57,740 nt of DNA from Chiloscyllium plagiosum. Its lineage: Eukaryota. The notes beneath the pieces were generated by a model that saw only the letters and a list, made by a program, of their open reading frames with translations, did not search any database and was not told where the DNA came from. The stretch covers positions 10,527,409-10,585,148 of the forward strand of contig NC_057749.1 in assembly GCF_004010195.1 (NCBI RefSeq), read 5' to 3'. Every line of letters starts with the position of its first letter. Positions within the stretch are counted from its first letter, which is position 1. The position numbers and the translations under genes are program-made. Shown piece after piece: positions 13,846 through 27,365 of this stretch.

Positions 13846-15804
13846 ACTATGGGCAATTTACTATGGCCAATCCACCTACCCTGCACATCACTGGACTGTG
13901 GGAGGAAACCCATGCAAACACAGGGAGAATGTGCAAACTCCACACAGACAGTCGCCCAATGGTGGAATTGAAGCTGGCGTTTTGATATAATAGTGCTAAC
14001 CACTGAGCCACTGAGCTGCTTGCTATTAGGGACATTGACAGGGCTGAGCAGACAGGAGGAGTAATCAAAGTGCCTGAAGCTGTGGTTGGCTGGCTGCCTT
14101 ACCAGGAGAATGGGACCTCGAGAGTTGAGGTGTCCTCTGAAGACATCTACAATTGTTAGCAGGATGATCAGAACCACCCATCCACTTGATTACATGCAAC
14201 TGCGATTGTGGCCAACGGATCCCTTCAGTTCCAGGAAGGTGGTGGGTGGGCTTTGAGGAGACAAAGGGGGTGGATTTGAAGTGAAGGCATCAATGGTTTC
14301 AACTGGGATAGATGATCCTGATGGCCGGGGAATCTATAACTAAAGGTCACAGTTTAAGAATATAGGGTATGCCATTGAGGACTTAGACGAGAAAAAAATT
14401 TCTTCACTCGGAAAGTGGTGAGCCTGTAGACTTCTCTGCCACAGAAAGCAGTTGAGGCCAAAACATTGAGTGTTTTCATGAAGGAGAAATTTGGGGTAAA
14501 GCTATCAAAAGATATGCAGATAAAGAGGGAGCTAGGTACTGAGTTAGATGTTACACCATGATCATGCTAAATGGCAGAGTTGACTTAAAGGGCTGAATGG
14601 CCTACTCTTGCTCCTATATTCAAAGTTTCTATATTTTCTTGGCCTGCTACTGGGAAGCTGTGTCCAGACAAAGGCAGGGTGGTGACCTCAACAAGGAGTT
14701 CATCTGCCAGCAAAAAAAAAATACCACCTGCCTCAAAAACTAGCCCTCAACTGGGCACTTAAGATTTATTTGAGTTAGCTAACTGTCACTGCCAGCCATA
14801 AACTATTAAGAGTCCACAAAATTTGGAACACATCAGGCAGTCACCTGGATCTGAGACCCTCTGATTTTGCTTCCTGTCTCACCTCCAAATCTGTCTCTCG
14901 GAAAGTCCTGCACTTGGCACTAGAAAAGGATGAGGGGTAAATAAACCTACTGTCATGAAACAAATGTCAATATTTTGGATATTGAAATACAAACAGAAAA
15001 TGTCGAGAATCATCAGCCGGTCAGATAAAAGCATCATCAGCATTTTCTTTTTCGGTAATACAACTGACATTGTATAGCATTTATGTTTCTGAGTGACATC
15101 GAACAATTTTATCTTGCTTACAGTCATATGAATGAGTAACTTTATAAATTGGTAAGACACAATAATTATGATTCTCAACACTTAACTGAAATCTCAAGTA
15201 GATTAGCAAAAAGTGTTCCTTTAAATTTACCTTGGGCAATGTGTGCAAGATTCCATTTTTTCTGCATCATCTCAAAGTCTGTAGAGCAGCCATGGCATTG
15301 GGAATGGTTTAGAAAACAGTCAAAATATGATAAGAAGAAAACTAAAACTTAGAAGTTATGCAAGACTGTGCATGAAAACGAAGAGGGAATTGTGAAAGAG
15401 AAAACAGTCAGTCAGAAGTCCAGTCAATGTAGAAATGAGGATGGGAGAGAGTATATATTATCACCTTCAGCATATGTATTTTAGGCAATCCAGCACAGTA
15501 TTCACAAAGAAAGCAGTTGATGTGTTTTTGTAATTATAAGGCAGAATCTCTAAGTTACTGGTAAGTTCCAACTAAGGTTATCAGTTGCACATAAGATAAC
15601 CTTATCCCTGATGTTTATTTGGCACAAATGGGAAATGTTCTGCTTGTGGCTTTTCTGAATACTGCACATGAGAATATTTTGGTGAATGACACTAATTGCA
15701 GCACTTTTACTGAAGGGTTGGATCTTATGAAGGAACGTGTGACTTTAAAGTGTATCTCAGTTTATTAATTTAAATGAAAAGTAATGCATTGTGCCCCAAA
15801 TAGG

Positions 15805-16790
15805 GTTTGGTTTGGTTTATTATTGTCACAACTACCGAAATACAGTTAAAAGTATTGTGTGCTAACCAGACAAGTCATATATAAGTACATCAGGTTTCAA
15901 AGAAACTAGTCCCACATTATGCTCTTTCCCCAGGCCCTTAAATTTCCTTCCTTTTTCGGGTAATTTTTACATAGAAAGTGGGGCTAGTTTAGTTTGGTCA
16001 AAGGGTCTGTTTCTATGCTATACAACTTTATAACTGAATGCAGAATATAGTGTTACTGCTACAAAGAAGGTGCATAGAAAGATCAACTCTAATATGAGCG
16101 TTCCATTTATAAATCTGACAACAGCAGCGAAGAAGCTGTTCTTAAATCTGTTGATACAGGCTGGAAGGCCATCTATAAGATGTCTCACCCAAGACTTAAT
16201 CCGGCAGAGGTGAGGAGCTGTCAGTGTCTCATCTGGCATCCTACTGCCCAACTACTCAATGATTCAATTCTTCCCCGCTGTTATCTGACTTTTGAACTGA
16301 CCTCTTGAATATTAATTCTGATCTATTTCTCTTGCTCTCTCTCTCTCCCTCTCTCTGCATTCCCTCTGCATAGAAATATAGAAGGTAGGAACAGGAGGAG
16401 GCCATTTGAGTCTTCCATCACAATCATGACTGATCATCCAACTCAATAGCTTAATCCTGCTTTCTCCACATAATCTTTGATCCCATTCACCCCAAGTGCT
16501 GTATCTAGCTGCTTCTTGAATACATTCAATGTTTTAGCATCAACTATTTCCTGTGGTAATGAATTCTACAGGCCAACTACCATTATGGTGAAGAAATATC
16601 TTCTCATCTCCATCCTAAATAGTCTACCCCGAATTCCCAGACTGTGACCCCTAGTGTCTGTATTCTGCACTCTGTTCTACTACCCTGGCACTCTTTGTAT
16701 TGTAATGATCTGCCTGTATAGCACACTAAATAACACTTTTCAGTGTATCTCGGTACATGTGACAACAATAAATCAATCAATCAATTAAAT
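15805..16790. mobile_element. Head-to-head pair of Rex1/Babar-like LINE 3' ends; the right one is interrupted by a CR1 fragment (about 16372-16652)
   Basis: NRFKNSFFAAVVRF on -; the same segment on + near 16250; gtgacaacaataaatcaatcaat tail. Confidence 0.6.
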
Positions 16791-17054
16791 GCTTTCCTCC
16801 CTTCCAACTCACCACCAGGAGTCATTAAATTCCACCCAAAAACCACAAAAGAAGACAGAAAGGAAAAGTAAGATAATAAATGTAAAATATCATATTTAAG
16901 AAGGTAAGTTGTGTTCAGCCTTATGTTCTGATAATTTATTCATTGTAGACAAGCCTAGCATGTATGTATGTATTCACCTTCATACTTTCAATCCATATAG
17001 ACTTGTTAAAAAAATCCGCCATACACTTATCATTCTATTTCTGTCATGAAACAG

Positions 17055-17221
17055 ACTTCCATGACTCTCTTATGGACTATGTATGAGCTTGCCAAATACC
17101 CCAACGTGCAGGAAAATTTACGCAGTGAAATTATAGAAGCCAATCAGAAAACACAAGGAGATCCATTACAAATGTTAAAATCAGTGCCATTACTCAAAGC
17201 TGCACTCAAGGAAACATTGAG
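17055..17221 (+). CDS. CYP11A1: CYP11A1 exon 6
   Basis: aaacag/gtaaga; 167 nt; TSMTLLWTMYELAKYPNVQENLRSE...VPLLKAALKETL(R); ExxR motif and the basic adrenodoxin-contact segment. Confidence 0.96.
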
Positions 17222-17314
17222 GTAAGACCGGGTTGCAGTTATAAGAAATATCAACTACAGTCTTCTCAAATTCTTAAGGCATTTAAAATGACTGCGAAGG
17301 TACTAAATGTACCA

Positions 17315-17535
17315 ATAGTGCTTCAGTGCCATAGTGAGGAAATGCTACACTGTCCGAGAGTTTGTTTTCAGATGCTGCTTTAAACTCAGGTCCTGACTGC
17401 TCTCTTACGTGGATTCGATTCCAAGACACTACCTTGGTGAAGAACAGGCAAAATATCCCTAGTATCTGGCCATTGATTCCTCAGTTATTACCAATAAAAT
17501 TATATGGTCATTAGCACATTGCTGTTTGTTGGAGA
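17315..17535 (+). mobile_element. Deu-domain SINE remnant (others near 19400-19690 plus 20600-20740, 50845-51320, and 55220-55365 on -)
   Basis: Degenerate match to the recalled Deu-domain consensus (gctgcactgtc...taaac...ccatggcacta...gaagaacagg). Confidence 0.55.
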
Positions 17536-19127
17536 AATCTGTGTTGATTGGTTATCTTCTCAGCTTTGATTGATCAATGATTGCCTTGGAAAATGCCAGG
17601 GAACTGTTGTCCTCCAGTTTTGGTATTTTTGCATCTATCCTGATGAGTGCAAGACAAAAACCATCATTTCTTGGTCTAATCAATGCTCAGGTTCTGAACT
17701 ACATTACCAAATGACTATTTATGATTAACTAATACTTTAAAAGATTTGTAGCACATTTCAGTCACACAATCATACTAAAATATGTTCTAGAACACCTTTA
17801 TCTTATCACAGGTATGATAAGAGGGCATTCTCGAGAACAGTTAAGGTTGAGCAATAAATATTCGCCAAGTTATCAATACCCACCATTCCATAAATGAATA
17901 AAAAACTTCACTGTTCAAGGTGGCTAACACCCAGCCTTTTTTGTGTATTTGATCACAGGCAAATAAACTATAACAATCCAAAATGCAATTCAAGTATGCA
18001 ACTAAGGATATTTTAAGAAGTTGAACAGTTGCTGCCTCCTATACTGTGCTGACTTGAAAATGCAAAATCAATTCAAAAATGGAGTGAATCAGCTTGCTTT
18101 CCCCAACAATGTACTCATTTGAGCACTAACTCTCATCCTCCTAATGTTCAAAGTTCGGATTCTAAATGACAAATTTTCATGACGTGTACCAGACTTCAGC
18201 ATTGATTTCAAGAGTCCATAGGGATTACCCTTCCAAAGTGACAAACCCCAAAATTCTACTTTGTGTTATTTGATGTTCCTGTGACCTGTGCCACAGAAGA
18301 TTCACTTAAGACATAAGCGTGTGTGCGCGCACACACACACACACTCGCAAACCAACATTGGAATTTATGGAGAATTGTGAATTATTTCATGATAAAAGAA
18401 CTACTAGAATTGATCATCTTACTGCCAACATTAGCGTGGCTCCATCCATTTCAGTTTTAGCAGAGATTCTGGGACTCATGGTGGGCTGCAATGATTTCAA
18501 AATATGTGAAATATGTTAATCCACATAACATTTTTAAGCATATTTTGATTTCATTGCAGGCCATTGACATGATTATTGCAGAGTATTACTTCAAAGTAAG
18601 CCAGGGAATTAGAAGATCCTATTTTTACTGTTGGAATAACATTAGGGAGACTCTAAATGGAACTGGATGGTGTCGCGAGAGAACTAGGAGACCAGACGTG
18701 TAAGCTTTTTCAGGATTTGATGATCATGTACAGTCAGATTCAATATGGCAAATAGGACCCTCAACGTTATGTATAAGGACCAATGATTGATTCGGAAAGT
18801 GAAACAAATGAATGGCAAATAATCTGGAATCATGTTCAGATCCATTTTTCTATTCACTCGTGTGACATGGGCATCACTAACTGGTCAGCATTCATTGCCC
18901 ATTCCTAGTTCCCTTGTGATGTTACCTTCTTTAGACTTTGATATCATATCAACTCAGTTCCTTTGCAATTTTTATCATTAGAAGCACATGAAAAAGCCAG
19001 AGAAGGATGCCATTCAGGCCATCGTGCTTCTTCGTGGAAAGCTTCCTCCATCTCACTTTGGTTGTTGTCTAATTGCTTCCCCTTTTGTATTTTGACTGTT
19101 GATAATGTGATTTATTTCTATTCACAG

Positions 19128-19206
19128 ACTTCATCCAGTAGCTGTATCATTACAGCGCTACACAAATGAAGACATCATATTGCAAAATTACCACATACCT
19201 GTTGGG
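19128..19206 (+). CDS. CYP11A1: CYP11A1 exon 7
   Basis: tcacag/gtaaga; 79 nt; LHPVAVSLQRYTNEDIILQNYHIPVG. Confidence 0.96.
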
Positions 19207-19695
19207 GTAAGATAAGGCAATCAAATACTTTACCTATGATGCTGCTTCATAGAAATGAAATGCCATCATCCACTGCAAATGTCAGCACACTCCAAATCAC
19301 CTTTCCAATTTTATTGCTCATCTTCCCTTCCACTTTGCAACAATGATTGCACTTCAACATTAATCACATTGCTGTATTTATTTGTAAACAGATAATGGAC
19401 GCAGATAGGGCTTCTCAGTTATTGTGTGAACATTGATTCATTTTGATCCCTGAGTCAGAAGGTCATGAATTCCAATCCTTTTTACTCAAAACTTGAGTGA
19501 GAAATGAAGATTAATGCTGCAGTGCATTACTGAAGATATGCTTTACCATCAGTACTTCTGACTTGCAGAGCTGTTCAACGGAGGACATGGTCAATGCACA
19601 AAACCCCATGGCACTAATCTTCTTCCTGAGGAGCGTGGTCAAAAATTTCCCTTTAAAATAGATTTTCTGATCATTATTAGGCTGTAGTTTGTGGT

Positions 19696-20596
19696 ACACC
19701 AAAATTGAAGGTGTAGTGAACAGCAAAGAAGGTTACCTCCAGATTACAACTGCATCTTGATCAAATGAGCCAATGGACTGAGGAGTGGCAGATGGAGTTT
19801 AATGTAGATAAATGTGAGATGCTGCATTTTGGGAAAGCAAATCTTAGCAGGACTTATACACTTAATGGTAAGGTTTTAAGGACTTTTGTTGAACAAAGAG
19901 ACCTTGGAGTGCAGGTTCATAGCTCCTCGAAGGTAGAGTCACAGGTAGATAGGACAGTGAAGATGATGTTTGGTATGCTTTCCTTTATTGGTCAGAGTAT
20001 TGCGTACAGAAGTTAGGAGGTCATGTTGCAGCTGTGCAGGTCACTTTTCAAATATTGTGTGCAATTCTGTTATCCTTCCTATGGGAAGCATGTTGGGAAA
20101 CCCGAAAGGGTTCAGAAAAGATTTACAAGGATGTTGCCAGGGTTGGAGGATTTGAGCTATAAGGAGAGGCTGAACAGGCTGGGACTGTTTTCCCGGGAGC
20201 TTTGGAGGTTGAGGGGTGACTTTAGTAGTTTATAAAATCATGGGGGGCATGGATAGGATAAATAGACAAAGTTTTCCTGGGGTGGCGGAGTCCAGAAGTA
20301 GAGAACCTGGATTTAGGGTGAGAGGGGAAAGATATAAAAGAGACCTAAGGGGCAACCGTTTCACGCAGAGGGTGGTACGTGTATGGAATGAGCTGCCAAA
20401 GGAAGTGGTGGAGGCTGGTACAATTACAGCATTTAAAAGGCACCTGGATGGGAAGATGAATAGAAAGGATTTGGAGGGATATGGGCTGGGTGCGGGCAGG
20501 TGGGACTAGATTGGGCTGGGATATCTGGTCGGCTTGGATGAGTTGGACCGAAGGGTCTGTTTCCATGCTGTACATCTCTATGACTCTATGACTCTA
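19696..20596 (+). mobile_element. CR1 LINE 3' fragment
   Basis: WQMEFNVDKCEMLHFG...ERVQKRFTRMLPGL...FTQRVVRVWNELP; (tctatgac)n tail. Confidence 0.92.
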
Positions 20597-21451
20597 CTTC
20601 CTATGTGCAAATTAGCTAGCATTGTTTTTGCATTAAAGCAATGACTACAGTATACTTAACAAGTATTTAATTGTTTATAAAGCATCCAAGGACACCCTGA
20701 AATCTTAAATATACCATATAAATGAAAGTATTTATTTCATGGTGGAAAATCACAGCTGAAGCCACTCATGTCCTTACCAGATAATCAACTACACCTTTTT
20801 TCTTAAAACAATGGGGAGCAGAGCCTGGCTTATTTTTCACCTCTCTCATTCAGGGCTTGGCTGTCACACCCAGTGCTTCAATGGATCAGATTAATTTACT
20901 TTAAATGGGAGTAGAGATTAGACTTGTTTTTTCAGTCTGTAAGGTTCAAACACACAAATGCAGCATAATTACTGTCTGAGCTTTGGGTCACTCCCAATCA
21001 TTTATAATTTATAGTATTTGTATGTGTCATTTCATGTATATATATTACTGGGAAGAGATACATGAGGTTGGAATGATTACAGAATTAATAGGAAAAGTTG
21101 GAGTGAATTCATTATGTAACATCTGTAAGTAAACATCTCTGCTGCACATTTGTATATTGTATATTGTATTTGTATATTGTGTTGACTGTTCCAGTAATAT
21201 GTCAACAGTTATTGGTGATATTGTTTGTTAATCGTGATAGCCTCAGTGAGTTCAGTGTAGTTTCTGATATTTACCCCTTCAAGCCAAAACAAACTCCTGA
21301 AATGTTAAAATTTATTAACAAACAATTAAACCATTGTGTCATGGTGTTATATTTAAATACCGCATACCTGTCAAAGTTAAATATTTCTACACAATTAGTT
21401 ATGAATGTTACATTGCAAAATCTTTTCACCAATTATCAGCAATTGTTTTAG

Positions 21452-21643
21452 ACCTTAGTGCAGGTGGGATTGTATGCAATGGGAAGAAACTCAGAGATAT
21501 TTCACAAGCCAGAAAGGTACAACCCAGAAAGGTGGCTGAGCCAGGAATGTACCTACTTCAGAAGCCTTGGCTTTGGATTTGGATCCCGGCAGTGCATTGG
21601 GCGTAGAATCGCAGAGACAGAAATGCTGCTGTTTCTAATTCAC
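21452..21643 (+). CDS. CYP11A1: CYP11A1 exon 8 (PERW and heme-binding Cys)
   Basis: ttttag/gtaagt; 192 nt; [12 protein letters not shown]...YNPERWL...[24 protein letters not shown]. Confidence 0.97.
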
Positions 21644-22072
21644 GTAAGTCACTCATTAGTTTTATGCCAGAAGTCGCTGAACTCAAAATAACAACTTTCC
21701 ATTTGATGATTCTCAACTTTTTGTTTAAATCGAGTCAATACCAACATTTTAAAACAGCTTAAATACTATATCAAACTTCAGCAATATTTTCATAAATGCT
21801 TCCAACAAAGTAAGGGATTTATAAATCCCTCTGTAGTGGCAGTCCTATCAGCCTCAATACTTTCAGAAACTATCATTGGCTGAGAAATGAGGGGAACATT
21901 TTTTAAAAAGGTGATCCTATGTAATATCCTTAGCAACAATGTGAGCCTGGATAGGAAAATTGAATTTACATCTGCTGTTTATTTAAAATGCTGCTTTTTT
22001 ATATGAAATATTTTTGTGATGTTGAAATGCTGCAATTGCTGATTGATGCCTATTGACACGTTTCCTTATTAG

Positions 22073-22186
22073 ATGCTGCAGAACTTCAAAATTGAAACAA
22101 GTCGGTTGGTTGAAGTGAGAACAACCTTTGACCTTATCTTAATTCCGGAGAGCCCCATCATGTTAGATTTAAAGCCTGTTAAGTGA
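22073..22186 (+). CDS. CYP11A1: CYP11A1 exon 9, coding part to TGA
   Basis: ttattag acceptor; MLQNFKIETSRLVEVRTTFDLILIPESPIMLDLKPVK*. Confidence 0.95.
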   Translation: MLQNFKIETSRLVEVRTTFDLILIPESPIMLDLKPVK

Positions 22187-23578
22187 AGAAAAAAGGATGC
22201 GTTTGTGGAGGATACAATATATGTTTGTTTCATCTTTTCATTGGAAATTAATTAATGAGTAATCAGAAGAAGTATACAAGTTCAGTGATCAGTTAGCTGA
22301 TGAACAATTTATTTACCTATTACTTGGATTTTTTTTCCATGTAACTGTGATATTAATATTAAGGCATTCAAAAGACGCAGTGGCCAATTTTCATGAATGA
22401 TGGGGAGAAGTAAGGGTAACCAGTTCAAACAGCAAGGGAAAAATTGCATCATTGAAGAGAAATGTATTGCTTTTCATATCATATCATGTACATCTAAAAT
22501 GTTGCTTGGACATATGGAGCAAATTATTTCTTTTTTCTTTATGTAATTGATTGTAAAGTCCTTTCTTCAAAGTTTGTTCGTGATTTTATAATGCTAAGTA
22601 CGCAAAGAACACCTTACCCTACTTGGAGATGAAGAATGAACAGAACTCCAAATCAATCAGAAAGGTGATAAACAATTTCATATATTGGAAATCTTTGTAC
22701 TTTTGATTTTTTTCAGGATCATGTTGCGGTATTATTCCTGTTTCTATATTCACTTGAAAAACAGGCACTCTGTCAAAGATTTTTATATTGTACCCATCAG
22801 GACAGAATCGCAAGAATATCAAATCTCAAAGAGAACAACAATTGATACTGCATAAGAACTATATGAGAACCAATCAGCACCTTTTTATGCAGCACAGATT
22901 ATTCCTCACTTTGTGATCTGGTTTTCTTGCAATGAATGCAAGTCTTCCATTTTCAACATTACAAAAAATATCTTGCAAATAGTAACATAAACAGAATGTA
23001 AACAATGCATTATGAGAGTGATATTTCATGTTCAGTTCCATCTGATGCGATAGAGTTGCCCACCTTCAATTTAGAATTTTAAAAAATGATCAGCCAAGTT
23101 TTTTTAAAGGTTAGTGATGAAAATTCAATAGTAAGCAAAAAGAGAATTTTCTATTTTGCATTTTATATTGTGTTTTAAAAATGTCAATAAAAATTGACTT
23201 TTATTTTGCATTGTTTGGGAACTGGGACAGTTGTGGAATCGTACAAGTGGTAAAAGTACCTTCTTAATATATTTCTCACACTGCAAACCTCCATTGGCTC
23301 TTTGTTTGGCAAATTAACTAGCCTTACAAGTGAATTTGCTTTTAAAATAATCAAAGACATTAAATATGCAATAATAGTCATTGTCTGCTATTACCAAAGA
23401 AAATTTCTAGCCTCTCTGGCTATTTAGTTTGATCAGGGGATTTTTTGTTATTATCATAGTTTTCATGTAGGGCCTTTTAAAATCACACTATATAAACATT
23501 TCCTTAGTTTTGTATCACTGATGTGTTTATGCTTTGTTTGTATTTTTATCATGATAGGAAGTGATTATTATTTGCATT

Positions 23579-23584
23579 AATAAA
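23579..23584 (+). terminator. Candidate CYP11A1 polyadenylation signal (a second AATAAA lies at 23186-23191)
   Basis: AATAAA at the end of an AT-rich stretch with no recognisable repeats after the stop codon; no transcript evidence. Confidence 0.4.
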
Positions 23585-24879
23585 CTTTTGCAAATACCCT
23601 TGATTAGGAAAAAACCCAATGATCTGAACTGTCTTTAACTTACAAAATGGCTGTTATCACCTCAGCAGAATATGCTCAGAATTTTTTTCCACATCATTCT
23701 TTGCACATACGTTTAAAGATAAATTGACCAATAGTACATATAACAGATTTTTGAAATATTATTTGCTAACTATTAAGATTTTTCATCAGTTTTTGTTCAA
23801 GTTTCTCAATTTGGATGTGTAACTTGTTTTCCCAGGTCCCACCACTGACATTTATTTCCAAAGAGACCCAATTACTCCTGAGGTGATTTTTGGAAGCTTT
23901 GGTGTGCATCCTGCTAATTGATCCATTTTTCTTATTTGTTATCCACTCACATTGCAAATGGCTGTCCTTTTTTTTGATATTCTGTTGTATACTACTAATT
24001 CGATTTGACTCATAGCCATTAATTATACACATTTAGCATTGTGTCTTAACACGTGCCTTGGGCTGTTTTAAAATTATCACTAGCAATAACAATTGGTTAC
24101 ATCAGTTTCTCTGCAATGCAGATACATCACTTGCCACTAAAAGGAGAAAGGCCCTGGATTATGTTAAAATGTAATGCATCCAAAACTGTGGGAGATGATG
24201 ATCTGGTCCTATGCAGTTCTGTACTCTGGTGTGTACTTGACATGAAAAACCGCAGCCCTTTATTCCATCAGTGTTTTGCTTGCTGCTATGGATTCTGAAA
24301 GTTTTAGTAGCATTACTTTATACCAGTCCACAATGCCAGTAACCAACCTCAAATCATGGAAAATCAAAAACACTCCAATTCCCTTCATCTAATACAGCAT
24401 TCCCGCAGTTCAGATAAACCTAGTGCACCATGAGCTTATTGTATTTGGCCAAAGTTACCAGATCATAATCATTAAAGTAAAGATAAAGTCACCATAATCC
24501 TACGAGACCATAGGGCTGCTCTCTCATTAGAATGGAACAACTGGTGGTGGTGGTGTAATCTGAGGGTGACTGCATCTTGGGCAAGGGGAGAGATTGAGAA
24601 GGTGAGTCCTTCATGGTAATCTTAGCTGGTGCAGGAATTAAACCCATTCTGTTGGCACCACTCTGCGTCACACACCAGTTACAACCACTGAGCTAACCAA
24701 CCTTGTACTGTGATCATAGTGTGTCACATGCTTCATAAATTGACCATTAAGAGGAGAGTCAAATGAAGTGGTAACAAGATCTCTCTGGGGAACAAAGGCA
24801 ATAACAGAAATAGCCCCTTTGGTAGATACAGGAACAATTCAGGTAACCTTAATACAAAGCTACCTCTAATGACCATACA

Positions 24880-25575
24880 GGACGAACACAGTCCGCCGAT
24901 TTCTCAGCAACATACCCCAACAAGCAGACAAAACACATCCAGAAACCCTAGCCACTCTCCCTTACATCAAAGACATCTCAGAAATGACTGCCAGACCTCT
25001 TGGCATCATAGGAGCCCACAAACCCACCAACACAGCTAATGAACTTGAAAGACCCTATACAGACAACAAGCAAACTAATGTCATTTACAAAATACTGTGC
25101 AAGAACTGTAACAAACACTACATTGGACAAACAGGCAGAAAACTAGCCACCAGGATAGATGAACATCAACTAGCCACAAAAAGACATGACCCACTCTCAC
25201 TAGTATCCTTACATACAGATAAGGAAGGACACCACTTTGACTGGGACAACACATCCATCCTAGGACAAGCCAAACAGAGACACACATGAGAATTCCTAGA
25301 AGCATGGCATTCCAACCAGAACTCTATCAACAAACACATTGACTTGGATCCCATTTACCACCCCATGAGAAAAAGAACAGTAAATGACATCGCCATAGGA
25401 AATTATGTCACCACAGGAAATGACATTACCAACCCGAGGAAACCGAAACACATAAATAGAAAGCGGGCCATGCCACCAGTGCTTCATCCAGAGGCTGACT
25501 GATGATGTTACTTAGTATCATGACAAAGCGTCTCAAAATGAACTTTGCAGCTCAGCGAGCAAACATCCATCCAGT
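24880..25575 (+). mobile_element. Penelope-like 3' fragment (GIY-YIG plus terminal repeat), same family as 11672-13845
   Basis: NVIYKILCKNCNKHYIGQTGRKLATRIDEH; decayed CTGATGA core near 25499. Confidence 0.9.
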
Positions 25576-26250
25576 CCCTACGGAATTTTTACATATCAAG
25601 TTACTTACCTCTTTCCTAGACCCTGCAATATTTAACAACCATTAAGTTTTATTTTGCCAGCCAGCTTGTCTACTACAGTGAACATATTTTTTCTTTTACT
25701 GTGCATCTGTCTGTAGTCACACAAGTACCTCTGTGGTCACATCTGCAATTCTTGTGACAAAATATCTCCCTGGACATTGATCCTGGTGGCTGCCGCAGGT
25801 AGTGGTCCAAGCCAGTGCTTCATTTGCTGGCTGAACAGCTCATTTTTCTGGTAAAGGGTCCTACATATCCAAAAGGTTGTTAGCTTACATGAGATATTTT
25901 GTGCCTGTGTTTGCTGCACTTCCAAACATGTGGAGTAGCCTGGCAAGCAGAGTTTCAGGACATATCGGAAAGGAATGGCAGTGGAATTGTTTGGCCATGA
26001 TGTATTTCAAAGAGACAACAACATCTTCACTTATCATGCTTAAGCTACTGTAGCAATGACATTGCTGGAAGACCTCTTTCTCCATCTGATCCAGTAGATA
26101 TCTAAGCAGAAGGTCACCTGGTAAATCAAAACCTACTTGGCACGAGTCTAGGTTCTCTGAGTCTGAGTGTGATATTAAAATGCTGACTTTATGATCTTGA
26201 TAATTAAAACATCACTGGAGGTGGCACTCACTCCAAGTGTCATACATTGT

Positions 26251-26565
26251 GGGTGGCACGGTGGCACAGTGGTTAGCACTGCTGCCTCACAGTGCCAGAG
26301 ATCTGGGTTCAATTCCTGCCTCAGGCGACTGACTGTGTGGAGTTTGCACATTCTCCCTGAGTCTGCGTGGGTTTCCTCCGAGTGCTCCGGTTTCCTCCCA
26401 CAATCCAAAAATTTGCAGGTTAGATGAATTGGCCATGCTAAATTGCCCGTAGTGTTAGGTGAAGGGGTAAATGTAGGGGAATGGGTCTGGGTGGGTTGCG
26501 CTTCAGCAGGTCGGTGTGGACTTGTTGGGTCGAAGGGCCTACTTCCACATTGTAGGTAATCTAAT
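26251..26565 (+). mobile_element. HE1-type V-SINE, full length
   Basis: Near-identical to the reverse complement of 13355-13681. Confidence 0.9.
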
Positions 26566-26869
26566 TGTCACTATGAGACTCAGACTATTAGCTGCAGTTT
26601 AAATGCTTCCTCGTGCAATTCTATTCTTCAAAGAAAACAATGCAACAATGGACATTTTTAATGGATATTTTATTCCTATACTGTGTAAAAATGCTTCATC
26701 CAGAAAGGAACAGAAACAATTTTTCTCAGTCCATTAATTATTGTTAATAAAGAATATACAGCTCAATTATGAATAAATTACACTAACAACTTTTTAAAAA
26801 TAACTATATACATTTCTTTACATTCTGTTTTCTTATGTCAGAGCTCTGTGTTGAAAACAAGCCAGAATA

Positions 26870-27200
26870 TTCATTTTATTCACTCACAGGATGTTAGTGT
26901 CGCTGGCTGGGCCAGCATTTATTGTCCAGCCCTAATTGCCCAGAGGAGAATTAAGCGTCAACCACATTACTGTGGATCTGGAGTTAAAAGTAGCCCAGAC
27001 CAGGTAAGGATGGCAGTTTCTTTCTCTAAAGGACAATAGTGAACCAGATGGGTTTTTCAGTCAATTAATAACAGTTTCATGGTCATCATTAGACTGTTAA
27101 TTTCCAATTTTTTTATTGAATTCAAATTCCACTATCTGCCATAGTGGGTTTTGTACCCAGGTCCCCAGAATATTACCTGGGTCACTGGATTAATAGTCTA
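26870..27200 (-). mobile_element. Second tRNA-derived SINE family (also about 28725-29010 +, 45119-45430 +, 37340-38025 - interrupted)
   Basis: Shared gactattaatccag...ccatggc...ggaatttgaattc body and ...ataaatgctggcc...tgaataaa tail. Confidence 0.6.
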
Positions 27201-27365
27201 AAAGCAATGCTTTGAGGAATTGTTTACAAGGAAGCACAATTTGTTTTAGTTGTAAATAAATATGACTAGCTCTGATTTAGTTACCATCTGCGATGTTCAT
27301 TTACAATTTGACTCGGCACATAAATGTTCTCTTAACATGTTGTGGATGAAATCCTCTTTTGAAAT

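Larger units (their letters stand above)
11510..14015 (-). mobile_element. Older HE1-type SINE split by the Penelope insertion (11510-11671 plus 13859-14015)
   Basis: Tail half and head half are collinear across the TSD. Confidence 0.8.

Noticed and set aside
527..22186. A novel P450, such as the unidentified elasmobranch steroid 1-alpha-hydroxylase or CYP11B/C
   Set aside because: Motifs (AGGVDTTSMTL, LLKAALKETLR), exon sizes and CCDC33 linkage all fit ordinary CYP11A1
25700..26170. Possible Harbinger transposase remnant
   Set aside because: Only vague motif echoes in inconsistent order
26251..26330. tRNA gene-like A/B boxes here and at other SINE heads
   Set aside because: They continue directly into SINE body and tail; no complete cloverleaf
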